In this document: piece by piece, positions 29,690-40,497 of the stretch | How the letters are laid out: every line of letters starts with the position of its first letter | How positions within the stretch are numbered: position 1 is the stretch's first letter | Source: a virus | UHGV virus genome: UHGV-0122002 | Length of the DNA stretch: 64,000 nucleotides | Strand: one strand, 5' to 3' | The notes under the pieces: model-generated | What the model was told of the DNA's origin: nothing | Seen by the model: only the letters and a program-made list of their open reading frames with translations | Database searches by the model: none | Translations under genes and position numbers: made by a program

Positions 29690-29715
29690 TATGCCCGGCA
29701 TCAACCGGGCATTCT
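29690..29715. terminator. Hairpin between convergent c1 and antirepressor genes
   Basis: GCCCGG-CATCAA-CCGGGC followed by a T-rich stretch on + strand. Confidence 0.35.
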
Positions 29716-29719
29716 TCTA

Positions 29720-30838
29720 TTATTCAGCCGCCACCGGTTTTAACAAGCCAGCATCGAGCAGTTTACGCGTCAACCACTGCTGGCCTTTACCCGTTAATTG
29801 AGGCGTCAACCGTATCTGGTAGCCATCTTCATCATCCAGCACCACTTCTTTCACCGTGAAATACCCCGCGTTGATGTACTGCTGGAACGGCACATTTTTA
29901 CGTCCACCGGACGCTATCAGGATGCCGTTCTCCCGTAACCAGACAAACAGCGCGTTTTGTTTAAGTCCAACAACCTTTGCAAAATTCCCAATCAGGATCC
30001 CTTTAGCTACTGATACCCGGTCGGCAAAATCGACTTTAGGAGCGGCGGCCACCAGCTGCTGATTTAGCTGGTGGGCTTTCTGTTCCAGAAGTTGCTTTTG
30101 TTCAGCCAGTTCGGCAGCCAGGCGTAGGGCTTCAGGAAGCGTCTGGGGGATTGCGATCGGTTGCTGTTCTTTTTGTCGGAAGTAGCTGTCTTCCAGTTTT
30201 TCAAAGAATGCCCATGCCTGATCGGTTTCGAGCATTTTAGCGTGGCGGGCTGCGCCGCGTTCTGTCCAGAGGGTGAGTGAGCGAACATTGCGAGCAATTT
30301 TTACAGAGTAGTTTAAAGCTACTCTGTGCTTCAACTCGCGCAATGATTCTCCTTCAACTTTGAAAAAGTGCTTCCCTTCAACAAAGCGTACTTTGTTCTC
30401 ATGATGATTTTGGCGAATACGGATTGTTTCTGTCCCATACCCTCTAGCAAGAGTCTCGGTTGTCACTACACGCACTCCCTGCCATTCCAGAACGGGAATT
30501 TCATCAGACTGATTCTGAACAACCACCAGCTCCGATTCTTGAACTGAAGGTGCATGAATTTTTTCTGATTTAACGTTAGTTGCTTTCATTCTGTGTGCCT
30601 CCTTGCGTGCTTCGGCTGCGGCGGTTGCGTAATTCAGATGACCCTGTTCGAGCAGGTATTCGCGGATATCAGACAACAGGATACGGTGAACCGCGTTCTT
30701 GTCCTTTCTCCGGTAAAGTTGTTTGGTGATCATGAAGTAGTTGGCAATAACGCCTGGTATATCCCTGGTACTGATACAGGCAGTGTGCTGTTCAATTGCC
30801 TCGATCATCTCTTCACGGGTGACTAATGACGTTCTCAT
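29720..30838 (-). CDS. Antirepressor (ORF6N/Bro-N-type central domain plus KilAC/ANT C-terminal domain)
   Basis: 372 aa; central VLEWQGVRVVTTETLARGYG...FFKVEGESL; C-terminal VAKGILIGNFAKVVGLKQNALFVWLRENGIL...YFTVKEV; start overlaps upstream small ORF stop. Confidence 0.7.
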   Translation of the reverse strand: MRTSLVTREEMIEAIEQHTACISTRDIPGVIANYFMITKQLYRRKDKNAVHRILLSDIREYLLEQGHLNYATAAAEARKEAHRMKATNVKSEKIHAPSVQESELVVVQNQSDEIPVLEWQGVRVVTTETLARGYGTETIRIRQNHHENKVRFVEGKHFFKVEGESLRELKHRVALNYSVKIARNVRSLTLWTERGAARHAKMLETDQAWAFFEKLEDSYFRQKEQQPIAIPQTLPEALRLAAELAEQKQLLEQKAHQLNQQLVAAAPKVDFADRVSVAKGILIGNFAKVVGLKQNALFVWLRENGILIASGGRKNVPFQQYINAGYFTVKEVVLDDEDGYQIRLTPQLTGKGQQWLTRKLLDAGLLKPVAAE

Positions 30839-31056
30839 AGTCCCTCCTGAGCAGAAGCGTTAACAGGGAGGCACCAGTAACTGAGAGAATTGCGTGAATC
30901 AGTGGAAAAACGGGCAGAGAAAATACATGGGGCGTCAGGAAGCTGAGAGCGGGCCTCATCTTCTGTCGGTGCAATAACGAAGTGATAGTGACGTTTTTGG
31001 CAGGAGTAAAAGCGCCAGATAAATTCAGGATGAGTTGGGGTAGGGATAGTAGCCAT
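30835..31056 (-). CDS. Small ORF upstream of and translationally coupled to the antirepressor (Icd-like position)
   Basis: 73 aa from internal Met MATIPTPTHPEFIWRFYSC...; stop overlaps ant start; longer frame up to 31284 probably non-coding leader. Confidence 0.35.
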   Translation of the reverse strand: MATIPTPTHPEFIWRFYSCQKRHYHFVIAPTEDEARSQLPDAPCIFSARFSTDSRNSLSYWCLPVNASAQEGL

Positions 31057-31375
31057 ATTGGCAGCCTCCTTAGACGTTGGTATGTAACCACCGCAGAAGA
31101 GACCAATCTTGCTGGCGGTGGACTGTACGGAGTTGGCCTTACTGGCGTCCAAGGTAACCAGCCTACCCGAAGGTAGCCCCATACAGCCCACCATTGTAGA
31201 GGTGTGCGTGTACGCCGATACAAAAAAAAGACGCGAGCGGCGTCTGTATCGCCTTAGACTTAAGCGGGAGGCCAATCCCGGCACCCGTTTTAATGAGGTG
31301 CCTGATAAGCATAAACCGAAAATGCCTCAAGGCGCAAGAGGTCAGGCTCAATGTAACATCGGTAGTTAAAAAACA

Positions 31376-31392
31376 CAATTTATTAGAGCAAA
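31376..31392 (-). promoter_or_regulatory. C1 operator-like site upstream of the antirepressor module
   Basis: CAATTTATTAGAGCAAA; 15 of 17 to operator consensus. Confidence 0.5.
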
Positions 31393-31395
31393 TAT

Positions 31396-32880
31396 TCATT
31401 CATTAAGCCATGCCAGAGCTTCATCAACCTGCGCTTCGTCTTCGACGCTAAGCACTTCATCCTGGGGAACATAATCCGCCAGCATAGCGAAACAATATGT
31501 ATCCCAATGGTCTGGTGAGTGCAGGTTGAGTTTTTTCTTCATATCCTCCTTACTCATCACCTTCCATTGACCTGCGGAGTTAATCCCTACAGGGATTTTC
31601 GACGCTTCCTCAATAGTTTCATTACCCTTATCCAGTCTCATACGACCAGATTTTACGGCCTCTGCGGCTTGAACGTTGGCATAAGCACGTTTATCAAAGT
31701 ACAGGCTCTTATCTTCACGGCTATGCATCTTTTTACCCCAGCGTATACGCTGTACGGTAATACCATAATACTCGTACATCAGATCCGCCGTTGCTTTACC
31801 CAGGCCATCGCCGTCTATCGCTATGGTGATATTTGGGAATCGCTCAGGATTACATTCTGCGAAAATTTTGGCGGCAAGCTGCGTTTCTGTAACGTCTGTG
31901 TATTCCAGCATTCGATAGTTGATTACACGGCGTTTATTTCGCTGGCCGGACACCATCATGATATTGATAACGGACTTATCCCGTCCCGTACCACCAGCAA
32001 CGTCCACACATGCAAGCCAGCCCCATCCTTTGGCAATCTTGACTTTCCGCCGCGTTGCACGTTCAACCTCATCACGTCCAAGAAGGAAGCCATCCTGTGA
32101 TTTAGGGAATAGGCCGCGTACCTTAATCATGTACATAGGGTTATCACGCCCGCCGTACTCCGCCAGCTTCATTTTGATAAATGCTGGCGTTACCAACGGT
32201 GATTCCTCACTGTTAAGCGTGATCGCCGTATAAACGCCATCAGGGTTACCAGGACGCTTGGCCAGTTTATGGTGTGTATCGTAGAAATAGCCGCTTGGGC
32301 GTGTAGGCTGTGACAGCAATAAGATGCGGTTATCCTGTCCGGTAAGAGCACCGGTGATGATACCGAAAGCTCTATCACTGACACCGGAGGCTTCATCGAT
32401 AATATACAGAAGATGATCTGCGTGTTCACCGGCGAGAGCTTCTTCACTTCCCAGACGAAAGCCCTTCGGTACTACAGTCCATACACCTTTACCAGTAACC
32501 TCATAGAAAGCGGTTTCTGTCAGAACAAAATAATCAGCAAGCCATGGAAAACGGCTGGTGGCAGTAGCCCAGTTTATCTTGATGTACTTGAATATACCGG
32601 TCATTACCTGCTGAATTTTGTTCGCAACGATAATGGCGCGGGCACCGGGATACATGATTATGAACAACATGATCATGATAGAAGTCATGTCTGATTTCCC
32701 GGTACCGTGACCAGACGAAACAGATGTCTTGCTACCCTGTTCCTGCACAGACTCAATAATCAGATCCTGCTGCCAGGTAGGTGTTTTGCCGAACAAAACA
32801 TCAGCGGCAGCAATCCAGTCATAACGATATAGCGCCACCAGCTCGCGCCAACGTGGATCCGTTACGCAACTTCTGGCCAT
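31396..32880 (-). CDS. pacB: Terminase large subunit PacB-like
   Basis: 494 aa, directly downstream of pacA which carries the pac site; Walker A-like SGHGTGKS and Walker B-like [11 protein letters not shown] are my reading. Confidence 0.85.
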   Translation of the reverse strand: MARSCVTDPRWRELVALYRYDWIAAADVLFGKTPTWQQDLIIESVQEQGSKTSVSSGHGTGKSDMTSIMIMLFIIMYPGARAIIVANKIQQVMTGIFKYIKINWATATSRFPWLADYFVLTETAFYEVTGKGVWTVVPKGFRLGSEEALAGEHADHLLYIIDEASGVSDRAFGIITGALTGQDNRILLLSQPTRPSGYFYDTHHKLAKRPGNPDGVYTAITLNSEESPLVTPAFIKMKLAEYGGRDNPMYMIKVRGLFPKSQDGFLLGRDEVERATRRKVKIAKGWGWLACVDVAGGTGRDKSVINIMMVSGQRNKRRVINYRMLEYTDVTETQLAAKIFAECNPERFPNITIAIDGDGLGKATADLMYEYYGITVQRIRWGKKMHSREDKSLYFDKRAYANVQAAEAVKSGRMRLDKGNETIEEASKIPVGINSAGQWKVMSKEDMKKKLNLHSPDHWDTYCFAMLADYVPQDEVLSVEDEAQVDEALAWLNE

Positions 32881-34073
32881 TAATCATCATCCCCGTATAG
32901 CTTGCGGGTAACTTCTTCGTCTTCCTCCTCGTCTTCGTCCAGGTCTTGTTCCAGCCATGGGTCGTTTGATACACCTTCAGTATCAACATCTCCATAACCG
33001 CCTGTATCAACGATATCGGCGATTTCTTCCCTACGCTGCTCAATCCACAATGCGGCATCGGCGCGGCGGTTGGCGGCCCGTTCTCGCGCAACTTTGTCCA
33101 GATCTTCAAGAGAAGGGCCACCGACGGCTGTTTGCCTTTCCTCATCATCGGTATTGGTCTTAGGAGCACGCAGATCGGCTTTGATTTGCTCCAGCATCAG
33201 GGGCGGCACTTTCCCGCCATGCGCCTCAATGAATTCAGCTGCTTCCAGCACTGACCAGTTATTTTCACGCTTTCGTTCGTATGCCAGCTTAACAATGCCA
33301 GCTTGCCCCATAGACAAAGCGTGCTTTTCCGCCTCCCGGCTTTCTTTTCGATAGTTATTCCGGATGCTGTAAATGGTGTTGATCAGGCTGCTTATCTGCG
33401 CGGAACAGCTGTTTAGCATGCTCGCGATACGGTATTCAGGCGGAGTACCTTCATCATCGTCTTTTTGCTGATCGCGCATTTCCTGCACCAGGCGAATACA
33501 CGTATCCCTGGCGTTCTCCAGCATAAGGAGATGAGAGAGAGACTTTTCCAGAAGAGTGGTTTCCAGAACATCAGCCCCGGACCGACGCAACATAGCGCGC
33601 GCGGCCTTCCGCGCTTCAACGTTATCTATCAGGTAATCGCCAGCTTCGAATTCAAAGCGTTCACCATCATCATCCAGGGTGTCGCGTTCCAGGCGATCAC
33701 GTAAGGTCCGGTGGGCGCGGGTGATCACGTCATGATCATCAGAACGATCATTTATGCGCTTATTCTGGCGCTTCGCGTTCTCGACTGCGGCACTGACAAC
33801 AGCATTAACTCTTTGTTTTTCAGCCATTTCAGCCACAACGTGATCACCTGCACGTTGATCATTAGCGTGATCAATGATCATGCTTTTTAGTGGTTTTCTG
33901 ACAGGCTTATTTGGCTTACGGCTGTCCGCTGTTCCGGTGTCTTCTTTGAATGCACGGAGATAACGACGTGCGGTGTTTGGGTTGAGATTAAACTCGGCGG
34001 CATATTGTGCGATGGTGTAACCACCATCTCGCGCCAGGCGAGCAAAATTCTTCTTGTGATCGTCCCAGGTCAC
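32880..34073 (-). CDS. pacA: Terminase small/recognition subunit PacA-like (contains pac site)
   Basis: 397 aa, GTG start; pac hexamer clusters lie inside the coding sequence; acidic C-terminus. Confidence 0.8.
   Translation of the reverse strand: MTWDDHKKNFARLARDGGYTIAQYAAEFNLNPNTARRYLRAFKEDTGTADSRKPNKPVRKPLKSMIIDHANDQRAGDHVVAEMAEKQRVNAVVSAAVENAKRQNKRINDRSDDHDVITRAHRTLRDRLERDTLDDDGERFEFEAGDYLIDNVEARKAARAMLRRSGADVLETTLLEKSLSHLLMLENARDTCIRLVQEMRDQQKDDDEGTPPEYRIASMLNSCSAQISSLINTIYSIRNNYRKESREAEKHALSMGQAGIVKLAYERKRENNWSVLEAAEFIEAHGGKVPPLMLEQIKADLRAPKTNTDDEERQTAVGGPSLEDLDKVARERAANRRADAALWIEQRREEIADIVDTGGYGDVDTEGVSNDPWLEQDLDEDEEEDEEVTRKLYGDDD
33722..33880. other. pac packaging site (clustered TGATCA hexamers with Dam GATC sites)
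   Basis: TGATCA at 33722, 33733 (plus CGATCA at 33745) and at 33841, 33856, 33868, 33875; two clusters ~95 bp apart. Confidence 0.75.
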
Positions 34074-34159
34074 TTATGCTTCCTTTCGTATAAAACTCTT
34101 TTTGACGCGAGGGTAACGAAAGTCACATGTCAAAAGGCCCGGAACGGGCAAGCAATCAA

Positions 34160-34612
34160 TCAGATACGTGCGGATGTGGCATTACCGTAATGACGGTGCT
34201 GACGGACCACCTTATTGAAAAGTTGACGCGCCACCACCCAAGGCTGGTGCTCCCGGCGTTCCTTTTCGTCCTGCGTCATATAGAGTTCGTTCTGGAGTTT
34301 TTCATCAAACCGGCGCGGAGCGCGGCTGCGGCGAAAGAATTCAGGATTCAGAGAGTGGATCTGAAATCTACGTGGGCGTGTACTGTCATCAATCAAAACA
34401 GACGAATACTTAGACACAGCGATAGCCTTTAAGCGCAGATAAACATCGCGCTTATCGACATCCAGATGCGGGTATTCCTTTTCAAGAATTGCTGCGAGTT
34501 CTTTCGCTGATAGAAGAGATTTAGTGCGGATCATGTAATCCGCAATCTCGTACGATGTTATTCGTGAGTGATTTATTTCCATGAAGTGGCGTCCCTGCCA
34601 GTTAAGTAACAT
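34160..34612 (-). CDS. lpa: Late promoter activator candidate (P1 lpa position)
   Basis: 150 aa just upstream of pacA; operator-like site upstream; by synteny. Confidence 0.5.
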   Translation of the reverse strand: MLLNWQGRHFMEINHSRITSYEIADYMIRTKSLLSAKELAAILEKEYPHLDVDKRDVYLRLKAIAVSKYSSVLIDDSTRPRRFQIHSLNPEFFRRSRAPRRFDEKLQNELYMTQDEKERREHQPWVVARQLFNKVVRQHRHYGNATSARI

Positions 34613-34682
34613 CCTGTCACCTACTGATTAGCCCATGTCAACTAATCAACGTCGAATATAATACCCTCGATTAAATAAATAG

Positions 34683-34699
34683 CAATACATTAGAGCAAT
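34683..34699 (-). promoter_or_regulatory. C1 operator-like site upstream of lpa
   Basis: CAATACATTAGAGCAAT; core intact. Confidence 0.45.
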
Positions 34700-34700
34700 T

Positions 34701-35744
34701 TTATCTAACGCTCGACGAATGACTTGTGATAGCGCCGACTCCAAGCGCGTAATCAAAGAACAATCGTTGATGCATCGCCAGCCTACCGTGCGTCTTCTCC
34801 CAATTATCGCGGTCACGCTCAATATCACGCTGGCATGACTGGCACAGAGGAATAGCATAAATGTCATGCGCGCATAATCGACTATGACGAACGATATAAG
34901 GCGTAATGTGAGCGCCAGCTCCCGCAGCTCCACAGCCACAGCATGGACGGGAAGCCACAAAGTCCATGTACTCGGGCAATTTTAGCGATTGAAGTTTTGG
35001 TATCTTGAAATGCGCCATACCTGGGTCGGAGTCAACATCCACAGGGCATACTTTTGCACGCATCGGCGCGGCGCGTTCTTCCATCATCTGAACATATGCT
35101 GTAGCGCGATCGTCATACGGGCGAATATCCGCCTCTTTCAGAGGTCCGCTATCCTGCGGAGTAGCCTTCATCTTATTTATTGATATGCGGCAGACTTCTT
35201 CCGGCATCAGGTGCATCATGTTGCGCATGAAAGCCCACCAGCACAGCTCCTGAATACTTAAATCATGGCTATTTGAAAGGCCCATTTCCTGACGGGCGAC
35301 ATCCAGTATCCAGTTAACGCGATTATTGTGCAGCGTTTCTTTCAGCTCATTAAAACCACGCATCCGGTAATGGTTATCGTGATGCCAGCACAACAACACC
35401 GCGCTATTGTCTCGTTCAGCGTGGACAATATGGTTGTCACACCAACTACGATCTGCGGCCTGGCATTGACCCTCTTTCCTACGCAACCACGCCACCAGCG
35501 CGTCAATTCCACCAATACGGCGAAACAGTTCATCGCTGTTAAAAAACGGCTGCAACGCCTCATTTGTTGCCATGGTTTGCTCGGTAACAACGAGGCCGTC
35601 TTCCATGTGCTCGATTAACTCACGCGGCACCGGCTCCATAATAAATTTACGGCCAGCCTCCACCAGCTTTCTGACCTCCTGATCCACTTTGAACGTGGCG
35701 AGGCCAAGCTCTTTCTGTACAAAGGGAGTAATTACGGCTTTCAC
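34701..35744 (-). CDS. Hypothetical Cys-rich protein
   Basis: 347 aa; C-terminal [12 protein letters not shown]...[15 protein letters not shown] possible zinc-binding. Confidence 0.5.
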   Translation of the reverse strand: MKAVITPFVQKELGLATFKVDQEVRKLVEAGRKFIMEPVPRELIEHMEDGLVVTEQTMATNEALQPFFNSDELFRRIGGIDALVAWLRRKEGQCQAADRSWCDNHIVHAERDNSAVLLCWHHDNHYRMRGFNELKETLHNNRVNWILDVARQEMGLSNSHDLSIQELCWWAFMRNMMHLMPEEVCRISINKMKATPQDSGPLKEADIRPYDDRATAYVQMMEERAAPMRAKVCPVDVDSDPGMAHFKIPKLQSLKLPEYMDFVASRPCCGCGAAGAGAHITPYIVRHSRLCAHDIYAIPLCQSCQRDIERDRDNWEKTHGRLAMHQRLFFDYALGVGAITSHSSSVR

Positions 35745-35955
35745 ATCACACCTTTAATCACTGATTGGGCTTTATCTGCTGCCCGGCATTCTCTGTTTAA
35801 GCACAACCATTTCCTGACGGCATAACACAGCAATAGCGGTCCTGACTCCAATTTGCTTACCAACCAGGTATTGCTTTACCTTGCGGCGACTCACGCCATC
35901 AAGAAGCATCTTTAACGCTTCACGGGACAATTTGTTGTATTTGCGTGCCATTAAT

Positions 35956-36336
35956 CTACTCCGCAGAACCATACAATCTACGTAACGTGTCGGCGACAGA
36001 AGATACAGATATCTCGCCAGTCGCAGCGCCTACAGTAAGGTCTGCCAGTTCAGGTGAATCAAATACCTGCACCCCGTTACGGCGTAGAAATAGCAGCGCA
36101 CTGTTTAGCGCGGTACGCTTATTGGCATCATTGAATATATGCCCTCTCGCCGTAGCCACCAGGTAGGTGGCGGAGACTTCGAAAAGGTCGGTGATCTCTT
36201 CGTAGGCAACTCTGGCCTGAACTCTCCCGATAATGGCCTCTGCCCTACCCGGATCTGACATTCCCGGCAGGCCGCCGTAGCGGCTTATATTCGCATCATG
36301 AAGCGCAATAAGTTCTTCCGGTGATATATGCCTCAT
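35956..36336 (-). CDS. doc: Doc toxin (Fic-fold kinase) of the phd-doc addiction module
   Basis: 126 aa; [12 protein letters not shown] motif; directly after phd with overlapping stop-start. Confidence 0.95.
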
Positions 36337-36557
36337 TATCGGTTAACCAGTTCCTTGTTGGTGGAGTCCAGGGTGTCAAACAGGGATGCAAATTCAGCAT
36401 CCAGCGCCGCTTTTTTGTAGGCTTCGAAAGTAGCCTTGCTGACAATTACTGCTGGCTCACGGCCTCTGCGGGTGATTTCAACCTCTTCCCCGGCTTCAAC
36501 ATTGTTGAGCACTTCAGAAAGGTTGCCACGCGCGGTACGGAAGTTAATGGATTGCAT
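36336..36557 (-). CDS. phd: Phd antitoxin
   Basis: 73 aa [49 protein letters not shown]...; recognised. Confidence 0.9.
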
Positions 36558-36629
36558 AAACACCTCGTGTACTCGTTATGTGTACACAATTATAAACTTC
36601 ACAGGCATAAAGCACCAGCACTTTGCAGC

Positions 36630-37019
36630 TTAAATAACCGGACAATCATCAAATTCCCCACTTCGGGCATCATTGATGACATGAGTGATCACACCAAAAA
36701 CAGCATTACTGCCCGTGTATCCATCGTCATCTACTGGTAACGCCTCTTTCTTCCCGGTGCTTAAATCCTCCAGGTGCTGGCGCGGATACTTCCTGTATCT
36801 CTTTATGCGATATTCACCCTCCATAGCGCACACAAGCAGAGAACCATCAACCGGAGTAAGCGAGGAATCAACCACCAGCAAAGCACCCTGCAATATTCCC
36901 TCACGGTGATGGCTATCAGCTGCCCGCATGAAGTAGGTCGCTGAAGGATGTCTAATTATCTGCTGATCAAGAGAAATTCGGCTTTCAACATAATCCGCCG
37001 CAGGAGAAGGGAAGCCCAT
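36630..37019 (-). CDS. humD: HumD (UmuD'-like translesion synthesis accessory protein)
   Basis: 129 aa S24 peptidase-like C-terminal domain without LexA-type N-terminal extension. Confidence 0.8.
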   Translation of the reverse strand: MGFPSPAADYVESRISLDQQIIRHPSATYFMRAADSHHREGILQGALLVVDSSLTPVDGSLLVCAMEGEYRIKRYRKYPRQHLEDLSTGKKEALPVDDDGYTGSNAVFGVITHVINDARSGEFDDCPVI

Positions 37020-37039
37020 AGCGTTTTACCTCAATGATA

Positions 37040-37055
37040 CTGTTTATTCATACAG
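37040..37055. promoter_or_regulatory. LexA box upstream of humD
   Basis: CTGTTTATTCATACAG matches CTGT-N8-ACAG, ~20 bp upstream of humD start. Confidence 0.7.
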
Positions 37056-37142
37056 TATACATTGAAAAGGCATAGTTTGTGAAAGCGGGGTTTGTAGGCG
37101 CGCCACGCTGGGGGCTAATCACATTTCTCCCCCATCTTGCCG

Positions 37143-37415
37143 TTATTTTTTTGGTGCATCCTCGTTCTGATACACCGGATCGCTCCCTTTTGGCAACTGG
37201 AGGCTTAACTGCCGATAGTGCCGTAACCGTTCCATGAAATAGGTGCGCAGATTCTCTGGTTGCTCGCGGGCTACCTGTTCAGCTATGACAGGTATGTTCA
37301 ATCGCTCTTTGTACGCCACACCGCTGGCAGCCAGATCAACGTTAACCTTATCCCGTTCTTCCTGACTTTTAGCTGCAATATTCCAATCGTGCATATCAAA
37401 TCCCATCCAGAACAA
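37143..37415 (-). CDS. hot: Hot, homolog of DNA polymerase III theta subunit (HolE)
   Basis: [43 protein letters not shown] closely parallels E. coli theta; start may be internal Met at 37394. Confidence 0.8.
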   Translation of the reverse strand: MFWMGFDMHDWNIAAKSQEERDKVNVDLAASGVAYKERLNIPVIAEQVAREQPENLRTYFMERLRHYRQLSLQLPKGSDPVYQNEDAPKK

Positions 37416-37843
37416 TTGCGTAACGACTATTATTTAACCAGCAAAGTAACTTTTAATTTTTTTTCTTTTCCCATTGATTTTTGTGCACAGCTTATCTGCC
37501 TTGCCGTGCGCAGAATCAACTTTTTTCTTCCTGATTTATCCACAAAGTTATGCACTTGCAAGAGGGCCATTTTCTAAATATTGTGATGTTTCACAAATGA
37601 AATGAATTTTGATTAATGAAGATAAGGAGAAAATTTGAGATGCAATCATGACGTTAATAGATAGGGTCTGCATTACAGACCCCATCCGCATCAAGGAATT
37701 AGCCGTTCCCTGATGTTGTTCCGAAAACATGTGCCGTAAGCTCACGTTAACGACTTTCTTTCACCGAATCCAACTATATAGGGGTTGGGTTTCTACGTCA
37801 ACGTGAGCAAGTGCTCCTTTACATTTGACAAGGAACCACCTTA

Positions 37844-37981
37844 ATGACTGCTTTTTTTCAGTTCCTGAGTGCATTTTTAGATGCGCCTGTTATTAGCCAG
37901 ATTCTGGCGATCATCCTCATCATCGTTTTGATTTTGCTTTTAAGGTCAGTAAAAAATGGAATTATGCACTGGCTTACTTAA
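37844..37981 (+). CDS. Candidate small hydrophobic peptide (45 aa)
   Basis: MTAFFQFLSAFLDAPVISQILAIILIIVLILLLRSVKNGIMHWLT; RBS AAGGA 10 nt upstream; in 640-bp gap between hot and downstream operon. Confidence 0.3.
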   Translation: MTAFFQFLSAFLDAPVISQILAIILIIVLILLLRSVKNGIMHWLT

Positions 37982-38055
37982 TGTTCAGTGAAACATTAAA
38001 ATCTCCTTGATGTGGAAACAATCATTTTCTGTATGTGCTGGTGGGTACCTGTAGT

Positions 38056-38418
38056 TCAGCTTTCGTTGGCATTTAACTTCGTCTTTGCTTTCTCCACCAG
38101 CAACTTCCAGATGCCTATTTCATTAGCAGCCGCCTTGATGGCGGCATAAAAAGCATCTTGCTGATCGTAACGCTGAATCTGTTTTTTCAGTTTTGCCTCC
38201 ACCAATTTAATTTCATTACGTGCTTTCTGAAGCCGCAGCGCCGCCCGGTTACGTCTGTTCTTGTATAGCGCGTTAATCTCTGATAATTGCTTTAATTTAC
38301 CAGCCTGACTGCGGATTATCGCCTCCCTGGCTTCTGCCGTGCGTCTCATCTGATCTCTTAAGAGTTCACCGTTTTCGATAATTCTTTCAAGGTGTTTGAT
38401 GTGATCTGCAACTCTCAT
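38056..38418 (-). CDS. Hypothetical coiled-coil protein
   Basis: 120 aa, stop-start overlap with upstream gene. Confidence 0.5.
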   Translation of the reverse strand: MRVADHIKHLERIIENGELLRDQMRRTAEAREAIIRSQAGKLKQLSEINALYKNRRNRAALRLQKARNEIKLVEAKLKKQIQRYDQQDAFYAAIKAAANEIGIWKLLVEKAKTKLNANES

Positions 38419-39347
38419 ACTTCACCCTCGCTTGTATCACCAGCGTCCACCAACGACAATAAAGCCCTGGCCATCTTATGAACCAACAGTGCATCAATAA
38501 TGCCAAGCGTATGCCCCGGCTTAATGTTTAATGCTGCCTCAAGATGACACCTTTCCAGACCGCTTTTCTCGGCTTGTTTATGATGATATGGCGTAATAAC
38601 GTCGCCCAAAACACGGCTAATTCTTTCTCGTAATTGCTGGGTGCCAGCACACTTGATCGCTGTATCGTGGAGACGGTTAACCAGTTCGCGATAAACATGC
38701 GGCTTAATTCGGATACGTTCACCGGTGACGCCCTTTCCTGGCGCTGGCACCGAACTATCCGGAATATCCGGATAGTTGCCAGCCTCGTAAGCTACCCGCA
38801 GCCAGTGCATGAATGTTTCAGTGGACACACAACCACAGTCCACATCGATTTTCCCGCGTTGCTGTTCCAGCCATTGCCCAAAATCCAACCTGTAAGTCTT
38901 ACTTTCAAGTTCATCACCATTGAACTCGACTTTCTGCGACGCTATGAGAGCTGATTCGTATTGTTCGCGAGTGACAACTGACTGGTATTCATCGCTATCA
39001 AGGTCACCAATTGGAAGCTCAATCTCACAACAAAAATTGCGCCCAAAGAAAGTGTCTTTTTTGTGGTCTGAGCCAAAAGCAAAAGTCGCGCATGGTGCCA
39101 TTAAATTGACACTGGGTAGGTAACAATAACTCATTCCATCAGGCCACCCGCCACACTTAGGCAGCTCCTTCACTAACAAGTCGATAAGCTTCATTTTTTT
39201 ATCATCTTTGCAAGCCGCCAAAGCCATTTGGGCAAGTGCCAATACTTCATCTGCCGTATATCCAGCACCGTGACCATACATTTCGATACGGGAAATAATC
39301 TCTGATATACGCTCTTCAGTGATTCTGGTCATTTCTTTTTGCGCCAT
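38415..39347 (-). CDS. Hypothetical protein
   Basis: 310 aa ORF in minus-strand operon. Confidence 0.55.
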   Translation of the reverse strand: MAQKEMTRITEERISEIISRIEMYGHGAGYTADEVLALAQMALAACKDDKKMKLIDLLVKELPKCGGWPDGMSYCYLPSVNLMAPCATFAFGSDHKKDTFFGRNFCCEIELPIGDLDSDEYQSVVTREQYESALIASQKVEFNGDELESKTYRLDFGQWLEQQRGKIDVDCGCVSTETFMHWLRVAYEAGNYPDIPDSSVPAPGKGVTGERIRIKPHVYRELVNRLHDTAIKCAGTQQLRERISRVLGDVITPYHHKQAEKSGLERCHLEAALNIKPGHTLGIIDALLVHKMARALLSLVDAGDTSEGEV

Positions 39348-39703
39348 TTCTTTTCACATTCCTTAGTCCATTTTTCAATGTTCATTTTGGCAATATCAGT
39401 CATTCCATCACCTAAGAAATACTTTCTCCGGTACGTCTTGCACTTAAACCACACTACAACAGCCACCAGCCAGAAAATAAAAGGCCATACAGCAATACCA
39501 ACTCCAGCCGCGATAAAGCCCAATAGCCATAAATGAAGCTCTCCAACTTCTGTTTGCGGCAATATTCTTAAAGAATTAAGCAGCAGACTGAAGGAATAGT
39601 CGTATGCATTGGCGGTATAAGACATGCAATCCATATAATTAAAGTCATAGCCTGCGGCTGCCGCCCATAATGGGCGGTCAAGAAAATGTTTTAGTGTCAT
39701 CAT
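39329..39703 (-). CDS. Hypothetical membrane protein
   Basis: 124 aa with two hydrophobic helices and Lys-rich C-terminus. Confidence 0.45.
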   Translation of the reverse strand: MMTLKHFLDRPLWAAAAGYDFNYMDCMSYTANAYDYSFSLLLNSLRILPQTEVGELHLWLLGFIAAGVGIAVWPFIFWLVAVVVWFKCKTYRRKYFLGDGMTDIAKMNIEKWTKECEKKWRKKK

Positions 39704-39709
39704 ATAAAT

Positions 39710-40099
39710 TTAAGGTTCAGACCAGTTATCTTCAATAGCAATGCTTAATCTTTGTAGCCATTCTGCTAATTTCAGCATTGCTTCTCTTTCGCTTAAACCA
39801 CGAGGAAAATCATCAAGCGAAATTGTTGGCTTGAAGCCCCCGTAATTATCTATTTCAACAGTCAGATTTTGCTCCAGCACGGTATTCCTTACGCGGCTAT
39901 TGTGCCGAAGCAAATATACTGAACGTGATTTATTGGTTTTATGGTCAAACTGATATTCGGTAAGTATCATCTGGCTTTTGCCATGACTATTACCTCTCCA
40001 CATACTTACCTCACTTAATAAAACAACTCCATGCGTAGTTGATGATTTTTTCCCACGTAATATAAATCTGCACTCCGGCAGTAAAACCAAAGCCAACAA
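39710..40099 (-). CDS. Hypothetical protein
   Basis: 129 aa ORF. Confidence 0.45.
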   Translation of the reverse strand: MLALVLLPECRFILRGKKSSTTHGVVLLSEVSMWRGNSHGKSQMILTEYQFDHKTNKSRSVYLLRHNSRVRNTVLEQNLTVEIDNYGGFKPTISLDDFPRGLSEREAMLKLAEWLQRLSIAIEDNWSEP

Positions 40100-40181
40100 T
40101 TGCTGAAAAAATCAAAACATTTACTTTTGACATTATAAATTTTCTCTCGGTGTCGTAGGTGATAGCACCATAATTGATAAT

Positions 40182-40433
40182 TTAGTGAGTTAGCAGTTCC
40201 ATTTTTTGGATGATTTCCGCATGAGCATCATCGTTATCAACACTTAACTCGTTTAATGCCTCTCGCACTACATCAACTTCTTCTGGTTGGAAGAAGTCAT
40301 CTCGGTAGTCACCAAATAGAACCGAAACAAGCCTGCCACCAGCAACATCAAGATTGGCGCTAACAGGTGGCTCTTTGCCATCCTCAAATTCGACTACAAA
40401 AGTTATTTTTCCCATCGTTACCACCAGCGACAA
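40182..40433 (-). CDS. Hypothetical acidic protein
   Basis: 83 aa ORF. Confidence 0.4.
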   Translation of the reverse strand: MSLVVTMGKITFVVEFEDGKEPPVSANLDVAGGRLVSVLFGDYRDDFFQPEEVDVVREALNELSVDNDDAHAEIIQKMELLTH

Positions 40434-40497
40434 ATTGAATACAAACCCAGTGCTGCCGCCATCACAATTCCTACCGTGGTGAATGCTTCAGGCCAGC

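Noticed and set aside
30813-31223. 136-aa minus-strand ORF in an alternative frame upstream of the antirepressor
   Set aside because: The overlapping frame ending at 30835 gives a stop-start overlap with the antirepressor ATG, which is the more plausible arrangement; most of both long frames is probably leader RNA.
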